Made by a program: the position numbers and the translations under genes. A stretch of DNA of 57,885 nucleotides. Origin: a virus. Taxonomy: Duplodnaviria; Caudoviricetes. The DNA is taken from positions 1 through 57,885 of the IMG/VR virus record IMGVR_UViG_3300046170_000085; one strand, 5' to 3'. The notes below the pieces were generated by a model. It made no database searches. It saw nothing but the letters and a program-made list of their open reading frames with translations, and was not told the origin of the DNA. The first letter of the stretch is position 1, and every line of letters starts with the position of its first letter. Positions 9,478 through 17,708 of the stretch are shown piece by piece.

Positions 9478-10944
9478 ATGACTGTCAAGTACAATTTTAA
9501 ATTAAAACCATTTGACCATCAGCTTGATGCGTTACGCAATGGTGTGCACCGTAAAGAGTACGGTTACTTCATGGAGATGGGAACTGGCAAGTCCAAAGTT
9601 CTGATCGACAACCTGGGTATGTTGTTCCTCGACGGGCAAATAAACTTTGCTTTAGTCCTCGCACCAAAGGGTGTGTATCGTAACTGGGTAGCCAAAGAAA
9701 TCCCAGAGCATATGTCTGATGACATACCACATAGAGTAATCCGATGGGTCGCATCTGCCAACAAGAAACAGACAGAAGAAATGCGATCAGTCAAAGATAA
9801 CTTCGCAGGGCTGACGATCTTTGTCATGAACGTGGAGTCCTTCTCCACAAAGAAAGGTCAGACAGCAGGCGAATGGATGGCTCGTACATTCGGTAACTAT
9901 GGACTGATTGCCATAGACGAATCAACGACGATCAAAAACCATAAGGCTAAACGAACCAAGGCACTCCTCAAGATTGCCTCACAGTTTAAGTATCGACGGT
10001 TGCTGACAGGTTCACCGATAACCAAGTCACCCCTAGATATATATTCACAGACAGAGTTCCTCCGACCAGGACTCATGGGTCATGAATCTTTCTATACATT
10101 CCAAGGTAGGTACGCTGTACTGCAACGCAGATCCATGGGTGCCAAGTCTTTCCAACAGATCGTCGGCTACAAGAACCTCGATGAACTGACAGAAAAGATC
10201 GATACCTTTTCATACAGGGTGCTCAAGAAAGACTGCTTGGATCTACCAGATAAAGTCTACACCGCCAGGTACGTGACGCTTACCGATGAGCAGTTTAGAA
10301 TGTACTCATTGCTACAACAACAGGCCATGCTTCTGTTCGAGGATGGCGAGATTGTATCTGCACCCGCTGTAATTACCCAGATGCTACGCATACAACAGGT
10401 TCTATCTGGACATCTGAAGACTGATGATGGCGAGATGAAATACTTTCCGTCACGCCGGATGGATGCACTCAAAGAAATCTTGGAAGAGCACGACGGTAAA
10501 GTAATTATCTGGTCACGATTCCGATACGACATAATACAGATAACTCAAATGTTGAACAAAGAGTTTGGTGAAGGGTCAGCTGCTGCATACTACGGGGACA
10601 CAACAGACGATGAACGCCAGTCTATCGTGCAACAATTCCAGACCCCCGGTTCTCGGCTCAGATTCTTCGTGGGCAATCCTGCCACCGCCGGATACGGACT
10701 GACTTTGACCGAAGCAGATCTCGTGATATACTATGCCAACGACTTTAACCTGGAGACACGCATTCAATCTGAAGATCGAGCACACCGCATTGGTCAAAAG
10801 AATAATGTGACATACATAGATCTAGTATCGGAGGGCACAATCGATGAGAAGATTGTCGAAGCTCTCCGCAATAAGATCGACATCGGAGCACGAGTGCTAG
10901 GAGAAGAGGCAAGAGAGTGGCTGACTTTGACCCCAAGAAGATAA
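9478..10944 (+). CDS. SNF2-family SF2 helicase
   Basis: MGTGKS, DESTTIKN, LTGSP, GYGLTL, QSEDRAHRIGQ. Confidence 0.93.
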   Translation: MTVKYNFKLKPFDHQLDALRNGVHRKEYGYFMEMGTGKSKVLIDNLGMLFLDGQINFALVLAPKGVYRNWVAKEIPEHMSDDIPHRVIRWVASANKKQTEEMRSVKDNFAGLTIFVMNVESFSTKKGQTAGEWMARTFGNYGLIAIDESTTIKNHKAKRTKALLKIASQFKYRRLLTGSPITKSPLDIYSQTEFLRPGLMGHESFYTFQGRYAVLQRRSMGAKSFQQIVGYKNLDELTEKIDTFSYRVLKKDCLDLPDKVYTARYVTLTDEQFRMYSLLQQQAMLLFEDGEIVSAPAVITQMLRIQQVLSGHLKTDDGEMKYFPSRRMDALKEILEEHDGKVIIWSRFRYDIIQITQMLNKEFGEGSAAAYYGDTTDDERQSIVQQFQTPGSRLRFFVGNPATAGYGLTLTEADLVIYYANDFNLETRIQSEDRAHRIGQKNNVTYIDLVSEGTIDEKIVEALRNKIDIGARVLGEEAREWLTLTPRR

Positions 10945-11132
10945 CTAAGATAATGGAAGAACGTGCAACTGGATACGCTTCCCGCGAAACAGCAGCTAAA
11001 GAATTATCTGAGATGACAGGACTGAGCTACGATGTAGCCAAAGCATTCTGCTCCAACCTCAAACCCAGAGGGTCAGCAGGCATAGCCGAAGTGCGTGGAT
11101 ATAAAAAAGGTGAATGGCCTAAGAAAAAATAA
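10917..11132 (+). CDS. Small hypothetical protein
   Basis: Overlaps the SNF2 end; followed by an imperfect hairpin at ~11132-11158. Confidence 0.55.
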   Translation: MADFDPKKITKIMEERATGYASRETAAKELSEMTGLSYDVAKAFCSNLKPRGSAGIAEVRGYKKGEWPKKK

Positions 11133-11173
11133 GGGAACGTATGGAGCAACGTCCCCTTTAGTTTCGAGCATAT

Positions 11174-11341
11174 CTAAACTTTAGCAGATTCAAAAACTTT
11201 TGCATACTCTTTTCTAATTATGACCGACAACTGTCGCGTCATGCTCCTTTGATCCTCGTTTGCTAACGCATTAAGCATGTCATGATCCTCTGGTAACAGA
11301 GCCACGTTGCAGTACTTGCGTTCTTCCTTCTTCTTAACCAT
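11174..11341 (-). CDS. Ribbon-helix-helix DNA-binding protein (55 aa, not in ORF track)
   Basis: MVKKKEERKYCNVALLPEDHDMLNALANEDQRSMTRQLSVIIRKEY..., AAGGAG RBS. Confidence 0.7.
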   Translation of the reverse strand: MVKKKEERKYCNVALLPEDHDMLNALANEDQRSMTRQLSVIIRKEYAKVFESAKV

Positions 11342-11374
11342 CTTCTTGCTCCTTTATTGTAGCACAGTTATATA

Positions 11375-11827
11375 CTACTTGTCGGTAGGAAGCAATATGT
11401 ATGCATCTGTTTTGAAAAATAACTGTTGATTCATTTCGAGCAGCGGTTGCACAACTTCAAGCTCCTCGTCCACCCCTTCTGCAACTTCCGATACAGTAAA
11501 AGGTATACCTGGATCAGAGTCTGCCATCCATTTTACTATCCTGTTGACCAACGAATCCAACCTCACATGGGTCGTGTCCAGGTCAAGCTCTATCGGCTCA
11601 ACTCGCATAGCTCTCCACGGTATCTGTTCGCGTTTATCTGGGTAGTTTGGCAACAAGAATGCATCATAAGAATCCCCAGGTTCTACCTTCATTGCATTCA
11701 CAAGACGAGCATTCATAAACACTTGCTCACCTTGTGGATTAACTGCAAACCCACTACCAGTATCCGTTATGTATTCAACAATTATCTGCTGCTTCCTTGT
11801 GTTGCTTATATCAAAAACGTGGGTCAT
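11375..11827 (-). CDS. Hypothetical protein (possible OB-fold plus HTH)
   Basis: GSGFAVNPQGEQVF resembles a cold-shock/OB strand pattern; AAGGAG RBS. Confidence 0.55.
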   Translation of the reverse strand: MTHVFDISNTRKQQIIVEYITDTGSGFAVNPQGEQVFMNARLVNAMKVEPGDSYDAFLLPNYPDKREQIPWRAMRVEPIELDLDTTHVRLDSLVNRIVKWMADSDPGIPFTVSEVAEGVDEELEVVQPLLEMNQQLFFKTDAYILLPTDK

Positions 11828-11981
11828 ATATTTCTCCTTTACTAAACTTCTCTTTGTATTCTAGAATCTCACGAACTAGAGCCTCGATCCTCGGATCTTG
11901 CGGGTTGTCCCACTCTATATCGTCAAGTTCTTTTTGTTTGTTTCGTAGTAATTCTGCTATTGAATCTAGTCTCTCGTCCAT
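11811..11981 (-). CDS. Small hypothetical protein (56 aa, not in ORF track)
   Basis: MDERLDSIAELLRKQKELDDIEWDNP...; fills the gap, AAGGA RBS. Confidence 0.55.
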   Translation of the reverse strand: MDERLDSIAELLRNKQKELDDIEWDNPQDPRIEALVREILEYKEKFSKGEIYDPRF

Positions 11982-12302
11982 TTATTTTCCTTTTCGGGGG
12001 CGGGTTCTCGGTTGAGTCTCGTCCTCACGAGGAAGATCAAACCTATTGATTAAAATAATTACGTCCACCTCATCCATGTGTAATGCTTTCGCAACGTCTC
12101 CCCTTTCCATGCCATGCTTTAATAAGTTGTTTACCGTCATGGCAGGCTTGGACAACTGCTTTTGTTTAGGGGACGACGTACCTTTGTTCTCTTGTACATT
12201 CGCAAAGATCCTCGGGTTAGTCTGCATATCAATTTCATTCTGCGCTTTCCACGCCGCAGCATAGTACTCTTCAAACGCTGTAGTGTGAGGTATCTTAATC
12301 AT
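11982..12302 (-). CDS. Hypothetical protein with C-terminal HTH
   Basis: GMERGDVAKALHMDEVDV; coupled to neighbours. Confidence 0.55.
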   Translation of the reverse strand: MIKIPHTTAFEEYYAAAWKAQNEIDMQTNPRIFANVQENKGTSSPKQKQLSKPAMTVNNLLKHGMERGDVAKALHMDEVDVIILINRFDLPREDETQPRTRPRKGK

Positions 12303-12487
12303 ATCTTCACTCCGTTCGTTCTAAGTTTAGACACAAAAGATTTTAAATCCTCTCGTGCATGAAACAAATCTTGTTGTATGTTAGGTCGGGCATCGTATCT
12401 ATAACGCTCTTCCTCCAACGTATTGACCTGTTGTTTTAAGAAACGATACTCAAACTTCTGTGCAGGGCTTAGTGATTCATCACCCAT
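12299..12487 (-). CDS. Hypothetical protein
   Basis: Overlap-coupled ORF in the leftward operon. Confidence 0.55.
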   Translation of the reverse strand: MGDESLSPAQKFEYRFLKQQVNTLEEERYRYDARPNIQQDLFHAREDLKSFVSKLRTNGVKI

Positions 12488-12728
12488 CTGGTCTCACCTT
12501 CGGTTTGATATCAGGTTTCTTTACACCTGACATAAACGGTGTCTTCTTGCAGTGCATCATGATCTCCTTGCCGTAAGTATCGGCAAGGATATCGTACAGG
12601 TTATCAAGAACACCATCACCCATGGCATCGTAACAAGCCTTTTCACTCGGGAAAATAACAGACGTTGCTACGTCTTGGTTTTCAACAACGTACTCAATGA
12701 TGAGCAACGTGTAAAAAAGTTTAAACAT
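12480..12728 (-). CDS. Hypothetical protein
   Basis: Overlap-coupled ORF with a hydrophobic N-terminus. Confidence 0.55.
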   Translation of the reverse strand: MFKLFYTLLIIEYVVENQDVATSVIFPSEKACYDAMGDGVLDNLYDILADTYGKEIMMHCKKTPFMSGVKKPDIKPKVRPDG

Positions 12729-12969
12729 CCTTGACCACCTCCCACACGCCCTCGGCTCCTGCGTCTATATTAGTATCCCGAATCAAACCTTTGTTGTGCA
12801 AAGCAGATAGCTGCGGACGCACAATCGATAGCTTTAAACCCATCCGGTCTGCGAGTTGCCGAGCGGTTCCTGGGCCTCGATCGAGTTCAGCCAGGACTTG
12901 CTCCTTCCGAGTAAGTGCCTTGTTGTTTTGTCTCTTGCTAGTTAGCTTCTTCCAAAATTCTTTGATCAT
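12721..12969 (-). CDS. Winged-helix DNA-binding protein
   Basis: TRKEQVLAEL..GPGTARQLADRMGL....VRPQLSAL...GLI. Confidence 0.75.
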   Translation of the reverse strand: MIKEFWKKLTSKRQNNKALTRKEQVLAELDRGPGTARQLADRMGLKLSIVRPQLSALHNKGLIRDTNIDAGAEGVWEVVKDV

Positions 12970-13456
12970 CTTCTACTCCTCTCAATGCTTGAGTGATTTC
13001 TTCTAATGGTGTTAAGTCTAACCCAAAACTTTCCGCACATCCACGATAACGTGAAAGCCACGCAGCCATTGATGTTGCGGCCTGTCTTCTGAGTTCTTGT
13101 TGATCGTTCTCATTGTCAGGATCAAAAGCCACATAACCACCACCGTTCTTTCTGTTCTCTCTCGGAGAGATCAACGCAGGATATTCCCTGGTCTTTATTA
13201 TAATCGGAAGTTGTTCTTGTTCTTGTGATTCTTTGATCACGATCCTTAGTCCACTTGCCATCTGACGAGCCAAACCAATTCGATATTGTCTCGCAGCTTC
13301 TATATCATCCATACCATAAAACCATTCGTAAGCCTCATGATCAGGCTGTACACCTAACCAATCCACAAACTCATGTGGTACAAACATATTGCGACCTGAC
13401 GCCGCCAAGTATTCGTCAATAATTCTTTGACGTTCTTTCTTTGGAAAACCAGCCAT
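12938..13456 (-). CDS. Partner protein downstream of the pentamer array (172 aa)
   Basis: True start MAGFPKK at 13456 with AAGGAG RBS; HEAYEWFYGMDDIEAARQYRIGLARQM motif. Confidence 0.8.
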   Translation of the reverse strand: MAGFPKKERQRIIDEYLAASGRNMFVPHEFVDWLGVQPDHEAYEWFYGMDDIEAARQYRIGLARQMASGLRIVIKESQEQEQLPIIIKTREYPALISPRENRKNGGGYVAFDPDNENDQQELRRQAATSMAAWLSRYRGCAESFGLDLTPLEEITQALRGVEDDQRILEEAN

Positions 13457-13485
13457 ATTTTTTCTCCTTCTATTAGCTGTTAATT

Positions 13486-14031
13486 GACCGCCGTACCTTG
13501 CCGGACCTAGGCATACCAAGACCCGTAGCACCGCAACGCGACCGCCATACCATGACGCACCGAACCGACCATACCGATCCGTACTCCATCAAACCAAGAC
13601 CGCCTTGACTTAACATGACCTAACTTAACGTGACCTAACGGAACTGACCTTACCGCACCCCGACCGCCTCGCCTGACTGGACCCCGACCGAACACACCTG
13701 ACCCCGACACACCTCGACCGCCTTGACCAACCTGACCTCTCCACGCCCCGCCGAAAGCTGCCCTGTCTTGACCGCCTCAACCCGACTTACCCAAACACCC
13801 ATAACATACCCAACCCCGCGCCGACCGACTTACCGCAACAAAACGGACCACAACATAACTGATCTCAACGGACCTCACCCAGACCGCCTTGACCCGCCTG
13901 TCCTTGCCTTAACGTACCAAAACACAACGCATCCCGTCGTAACACACCCAGACCGCCTGACCCAACCAGACCGTACCCCGCCCTAACCGAACGTGCTCGA
14001 CCGCACCTCGCCCAGACCGTCTAACCTTGAC
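13486..14031 (-). ncRNA. Candidate guide-RNA array: nine units of 5-nt G(G/T)Y-NN modules separated by GGCGGTC (VIPR-like)
   Basis: Plus-strand GACCGCC or a 1-nt variant at 13486, 13540, 13598, 13662, 13716, 13770, 13823, 13882, 13951, 14015; spacers are NN-R(A/C)C pentamers. Confidence 0.85.
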
Positions 14032-14040
14032 CAAATAGAT

Positions 14041-14057
14041 GGGGGCACTCGGCCCCC
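14041..14057. promoter_or_regulatory. GC-rich hairpin between the RAMP gene stop and the array (leader, processing or terminator element)
   Basis: GGGGGC-ACTCG-GCCCCC; followed on the + strand by a T run. Confidence 0.65.
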
Positions 14058-14066
14058 GATCCTTTT

Positions 14067-14849
14067 TTATTCCGCAGCTATGAGAGTAACGTCTCTTCGT
14101 GATCGTTCTTCATCCAAGAACTGCATCAACTCATTGGTCTGCTCGTCAGCATACACTGGGTTGTCCAATGCCTCTTGCTGAACATCGCGTCCCTCTTTCA
14201 TGAGTTCATCCCAGTCTTTCTGGTAGTCGCCCATGCTGTCTTCTGTCAGCACATCAAACGTACCAAACGAACCACGCCCCTTCTCCTGTCGGAAGTCTCC
14301 AATTCCAACAATCGAGCCTGCGTTTGTCAGCAACGATACAATCGAATACTGACTGAGCGTTGGCTGAACATACGCAATGTCAACCTCTGCACACCACCGA
14401 GGTAGATACGCACGGGTTCTCATGTCTGGGGTCTTGTTCATGTCCGCAGATCGAACCATGTCAATCTTGAGTTGCGGTGTACCCCAGATCTGAACGTGGG
14501 TTTGTGGTAGAAAAATCAACCGCTGAACACTGGTCTTGGTTATACCGTCCGTTTCCAATGCCGCCGTCGCCATCGCGCCCTTGACCCCTGGAGCAGGAAA
14601 ACATAACAGAGTTTCTCCAAACGGTTTCTTGTACACCGAATCTCGGAACTCCTGTTCTGGGTTGTGTTTGATCTCCTTACGTTGCGCGGCTGTCTTCTTG
14701 CCGCCACCGATTAAAAGATCACGCATGGCCTTGCTGCTCATGCTGTTGAAATATAATGGGGTCGTGCCCATCATGCGAAGCTTAATTCTTCCTCTTTTCA
14801 ATGGTTGAATTTCTAGTGTTGCTTCTTGTGGTACTTTCTTAGTTGCCAT
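14067..14849 (-). CDS. Stand-alone Cas7/RAMP-like protein (putative effector of the array)
   Basis: IKLRMMGTTPLYF first strand, FPAPGVKGAM (like the RAMP PGSSLKG helix), RAYLPRW, C-terminal glycine-rich loop GIGDFRQEKGRGSFGTF. Confidence 0.75.
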   Translation of the reverse strand: MATKKVPQEATLEIQPLKRGRIKLRMMGTTPLYFNSMSSKAMRDLLIGGGKKTAAQRKEIKHNPEQEFRDSVYKKPFGETLLCFPAPGVKGAMATAALETDGITKTSVQRLIFLPQTHVQIWGTPQLKIDMVRSADMNKTPDMRTRAYLPRWCAEVDIAYVQPTLSQYSIVSLLTNAGSIVGIGDFRQEKGRGSFGTFDVLTEDSMGDYQKDWDELMKEGRDVQQEALDNPVYADEQTNELMQFLDEERSRRDVTLIAAE

Positions 14850-15060
14850 AATTTTTTCTCCTTATATGGTTGTTTACTAATTAAAAGTGTATTGTTTGTG
14901 ACATGTTGATAAGTTGTATGTCAACAACTATTTTTATCCTCCTTTCTAAATTCATGAAATATCATGTTAATTGTTTCTCGGTACTCGTCTTGAGTATCGA
15001 ACTGAGCGATCACAAGTGATCCTATTATCTCGCATAAGCGATCTAATTCTTTGTCGTCCA

Positions 15061-16176
15061 TCATCGAACCTCCATGTAACTTTCGATTAACCCTTGCGCG
15101 ACTGGCGCTGTGATGGCGTTGCCGTAGGCGCGGAGGCGTCCCACTCGGGCGGTAGCCCCATGAGCCAACGGGAATGACTCGGGTCTAACTGGCCTCCACT
15201 TTCCATCTCGGCACAAGAGCCAGTCAACATCTGACCACGCGCCGTTAGTCTCATTGGCCCTGCCATCTTCGACATCTGGGTCAGACTGCTCCCCGTCATT
15301 CGATCCGTGATCCCCGAACCTCCCCTCGTTCCGTCCGTTGCCGATGGCGTTGTCCACCCCGACATCTGAGATTGCTCCGCCAGATTGTGACCCCGACTGT
15401 TCCACTCCTTGACCGACTCTGGTTTCGCCGCTCCCTTGTGATCCGCTGTGGTCGGTGTCGCCCATCCCCACAGTACCGCTACCACTTCCTCCAGATTGGA
15501 TTTGTTGCGGTTCGCTAACTTGTCTCGGTTCTGTTCCGTGATCTCGGGATGAACTAAGTTCGCTCTCGGTGTCGGCCACCCCGTCAGTTGTGCCGCTACG
15601 TCCAACGTGTCCGTGCTGATCTTGCCGTTGCGTATCCGACCCCCTTGGTATCCACCCTTGTGATCTCGGGTTGTCGGTGTCGGCCACGAACCAAAGCCTT
15701 TGCCTGATGTGCGGTGCACCGAAGCTCGCAGAGCAGAGATCGAAAGCCCCGAGGGCGTAATCCGCTCCTTCCATGTCAGCTTGTACAAGGTCGATCCAAC
15801 CAAGTCCGTCTTTACTCGCAACCTGTTCTCCAAAGACTGTTGAAGGTCGGCACTCTTCGATGAGGTGAAACCAGTGAGGCCAGAGGTGCCGCTCGTCAGC
15901 CATCCCTTTTCTCGTGCCTGCACCGCTGAAAGGTTGGCAAGGACACGATCCCGTCCAGACGGGTCTGTCGTCTTCCCATCCCGATTGTCTGAGGGCACGA
16001 CTCCAGACTCCAATTCCTGCGAAGAAGTGACATTGAGTAAATTCATAAAGCTCTTCTGGTTTGACATCCGATATACTCCTTTCATCGACCACACCATCGG
16101 CAATGTGACCATCTCTAATTAAGTTTCGTAACCATGCCGCAGCATAAGGATCTATCTCGTTATAGTAGGCACTCAT
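15061..16176 (-). CDS. C5-cytosine DNA methyltransferase, large (alpha) polypeptide
   Basis: FFAGIG (motif I), GSCPCQPFS (IV), FGEQV (VI), HIRQRLW (VIII), RLRAYGNAI (X); motif IX missing from this frame. Confidence 0.9.
   Translation of the reverse strand: MSAYYNEIDPYAAAWLRNLIRDGHIADGVVDERSISDVKPEELYEFTQCHFFAGIGVWSRALRQSGWEDDRPVWTGSCPCQPFSGAGTRKGMADERHLWPHWFHLIEECRPSTVFGEQVASKDGLGWIDLVQADMEGADYALGAFDLCSASFGAPHIRQRLWFVADTDNPRSQGWIPRGSDTQRQDQHGHVGRSGTTDGVADTESELSSSRDHGTEPRQVSEPQQIQSGGSGSGTVGMGDTDHSGSQGSGETRVGQGVEQSGSQSGGAISDVGVDNAIGNGRNEGRFGDHGSNDGEQSDPDVEDGRANETNGAWSDVDWLLCRDGKWRPVRPESFPLAHGATARVGRLRAYGNAITAPVAQGLIESYMEVR
15087..16112 (-). CDS. Nested alternative-frame polypeptide (beta subunit) of the C5-MTase; true start uncertain
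   Basis: Four W[PAT]TP repeats and C-terminal [18 protein letters not shown] (motif IX-like). Confidence 0.75.
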   Translation of the reverse strand: MVTLPMVWSMKGVYRMSNQKSFMNLLNVTSSQELESGVVPSDNRDGKTTDPSGRDRVLANLSAVQAREKGWLTSGTSGLTGFTSSKSADLQQSLENRLRVKTDLVGSTLYKLTWKERITPSGLSISALRASVHRTSGKGFGSWPTPTTRDHKGGYQGGRIRNGKISTDTLDVAAQLTGWPTPRANLVHPEITEQNRDKLANRNKSNLEEVVAVLWGWATPTTADHKGAAKPESVKEWNSRGHNLAEQSQMSGWTTPSATDGTRGGSGITDRMTGSSLTQMSKMAGPMRLTARGQMLTGSCAEMESGGQLDPSHSRWLMGLPPEWDASAPTATPSQRQSRKG

Positions 16177-16409
16177 TCTTTTACGTCTCCCACCAACTCC
16201 TTGAGAAAGTCCACGCTATCCAATTCTGCCTTGCGCATCTCTTTTTCTCTCGGATCTCGTGACACATCCAAATCATTCAGATGCTCTTGCAGATGATCCA
16301 ACGCAACTTGCAACGTGTTCACGTCCATGTAGTTGAGTTGAGCAGCCGCTCCATTCGGGAGCACAAGATACATGTGCCCCACTGGTAGTTCGTGTATCCG
16401 CTTAGTCAT
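16173..16409 (-). CDS. Hypothetical protein
   Basis: ATG 16409 with GGAGG RBS. Confidence 0.55.
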   Translation of the reverse strand: MTKRIHELPVGHMYLVLPNGAAAQLNYMDVNTLQVALDHLQEHLNDLDVSRDPREKEMRKAELDSVDFLKELVGDVKE

Positions 16410-16638
16410 CTTCGACCTCCAGTTCTCCAGTGCCACCGCACCATTCACACTCCACACGTCTGGTATCCAAATACCCTACGTCTCGGTTGAAGCCTTGTGG
16501 TCTAGGATACTCAGCCTCATACCATCCATCACCGTCGCAGTCTTCGCAAACCTTGCGGCTCGGTTCTTGATCCTTGCTATAAAATACCTTGTCAAAGATA
16601 TCGCTCAACATAATCTCTATCGGATCAACCTTATGCAT
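16402..16638 (-). CDS. Small zinc-finger protein (DnaJ-like CxxCxGxG x2)
   Basis: CEDCDGDG and CEWCGGTG. Confidence 0.7.
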   Translation of the reverse strand: MHKVDPIEIMLSDIFDKVFYSKDQEPSRKVCEDCDGDGWYEAEYPRPQGFNRDVGYLDTRRVECEWCGGTGELEVEDD

Positions 16639-17110
16639 TCTCTTCCTCCCATCTCGCTTCTCGTTCCTTGATCTCTTCATCCGACAATGTCCGACAATGG
16701 TGCTCACCCAACGTGAACTCACCAACGACATCCGTTCCTTCGACCTCGTACTCAGCTTGGACTTCGATGCCCAACCGATGCAGTTTCTCCCACACAAAAA
16801 TAGGTGCATCCCATGCCGTCTTGCACACAAATCTGAAATATGATGTCGGGATAGGATAGTGATCGTCACCATGCACAAGCTCTTCTTTAATCAGAATATC
16901 TTTAACATCCCATTTCGTATTCCATTTGTTGCACCTCCAATCCCATTGTGGAGATGTGCTCTTGCCATCGTGCGGTTGCCCGATAACCTCTAAAGGTATC
17001 GGACAGACCACATCACAGAAACGCTTGCGCTCTTTTAGTTCCCAGTAAAGATGAGTAACCATGCTCGTCTCACCGTGAATATAAACCTCTTGCTCACACC
17101 AGTTAGGCAT
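16631..17110 (-). CDS. YubB/DUF1281 ferredoxin-like family protein
   Basis: MPNWC..., WDWRCNKWNTKWD, F.CKTAWDAP. Confidence 0.7.
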   Translation of the reverse strand: MPNWCEQEVYIHGETSMVTHLYWELKERKRFCDVVCPIPLEVIGQPHDGKSTSPQWDWRCNKWNTKWDVKDILIKEELVHGDDHYPIPTSYFRFVCKTAWDAPIFVWEKLHRLGIEVQAEYEVEGTDVVGEFTLGEHHCRTLSDEEIKEREARWEEENA

Positions 17111-17634
17111 TACACTGTCCTCCAAATATCTAATGCATCCGCTTCGGATAGATCATTCAAGATGGTAATGTCTGTGTACTCTTTCTTAATATGTTCTTTC
17201 AAAAGCCAATCAGGTTTACCCTTCGGTTTGTTCCACTCAACAACCTTCAGTTCCCCATCTTCTTTGATCTGAGCAACGACACATCTGTTCAAACGTCTCT
17301 TCATGTCTTTCTTAGTCAAGAAATTAGACACTTGATCCGCACACCAATACTCAAACTTCTGATCAAAACCTTCAGGTGACCATTGGTACTTGCCAACATC
17401 AACTTTAGGTAGTGATGCAAAGTACTCTTCTATCTCATCATACTTCTTGCGCCATGCACCTTGAACCTTGGTAAATGGTGTCTTGTCATGAGGGTGCACA
17501 CGGTCACATCCACCATGACCATCGTTGCTGACATCAGCAAATGGTTTGCCATCCAGATATACGACTGCGGTGTAGCAATATGTTTCTTCACTGCCAGATG
17601 CGAAGTGCTTGATTGATTTCATTTCTAAGTTCAT
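17110..17634 (-). CDS. Conserved hypothetical phage protein
   Basis: SEETYCYTAVVYLDGK...VSNDGHGG motif; AAAGGA RBS. Confidence 0.7.
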   Translation of the reverse strand: MNLEMKSIKHFASGSEETYCYTAVVYLDGKPFADVSNDGHGGCDRVHPHDKTPFTKVQGAWRKKYDEIEEYFASLPKVDVGKYQWSPEGFDQKFEYWCADQVSNFLTKKDMKRRLNRCVVAQIKEDGELKVVEWNKPKGKPDWLLKEHIKKEYTDITILNDLSEADALDIWRTV

Positions 17635-17667
17635 TGTTAATTCCTTTCGTAGTTGTTGAATACTTGT

Positions 17668-17696
17668 AAGTTATCTGAGGGAAAATATACTGTCAA
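17668..17696 (-). promoter_or_regulatory. Sigma70-type promoter for the leftward operon
   Basis: TTGACA-17 nt-TAACTT on the minus strand. Confidence 0.65.
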
Positions 17697-17708
17697 GAAA
17701 ATAATTAT

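Noticed and set aside
1124-10797. Numerous antisense ORFs within the replication and ejection genes
   Set aside because: Fully overlapped by well-supported genes on the other strand; no motifs or RBS
13486-14031. Classical CRISPR array
   Set aside because: The delimiter is only 7 nt, the spacers are themselves periodic, and no cas1/cas2 or other cas genes were recognised
13457-14181. ORFs 13507..13710, 13723..13986, 13993..14181 and the N-terminal extension of 12938..13531
   Set aside because: Shadows of the 5-nt-periodic array: P/T/R-biased, no RBS, and 5-nt periodicity does not fit coding; the real start is 13456
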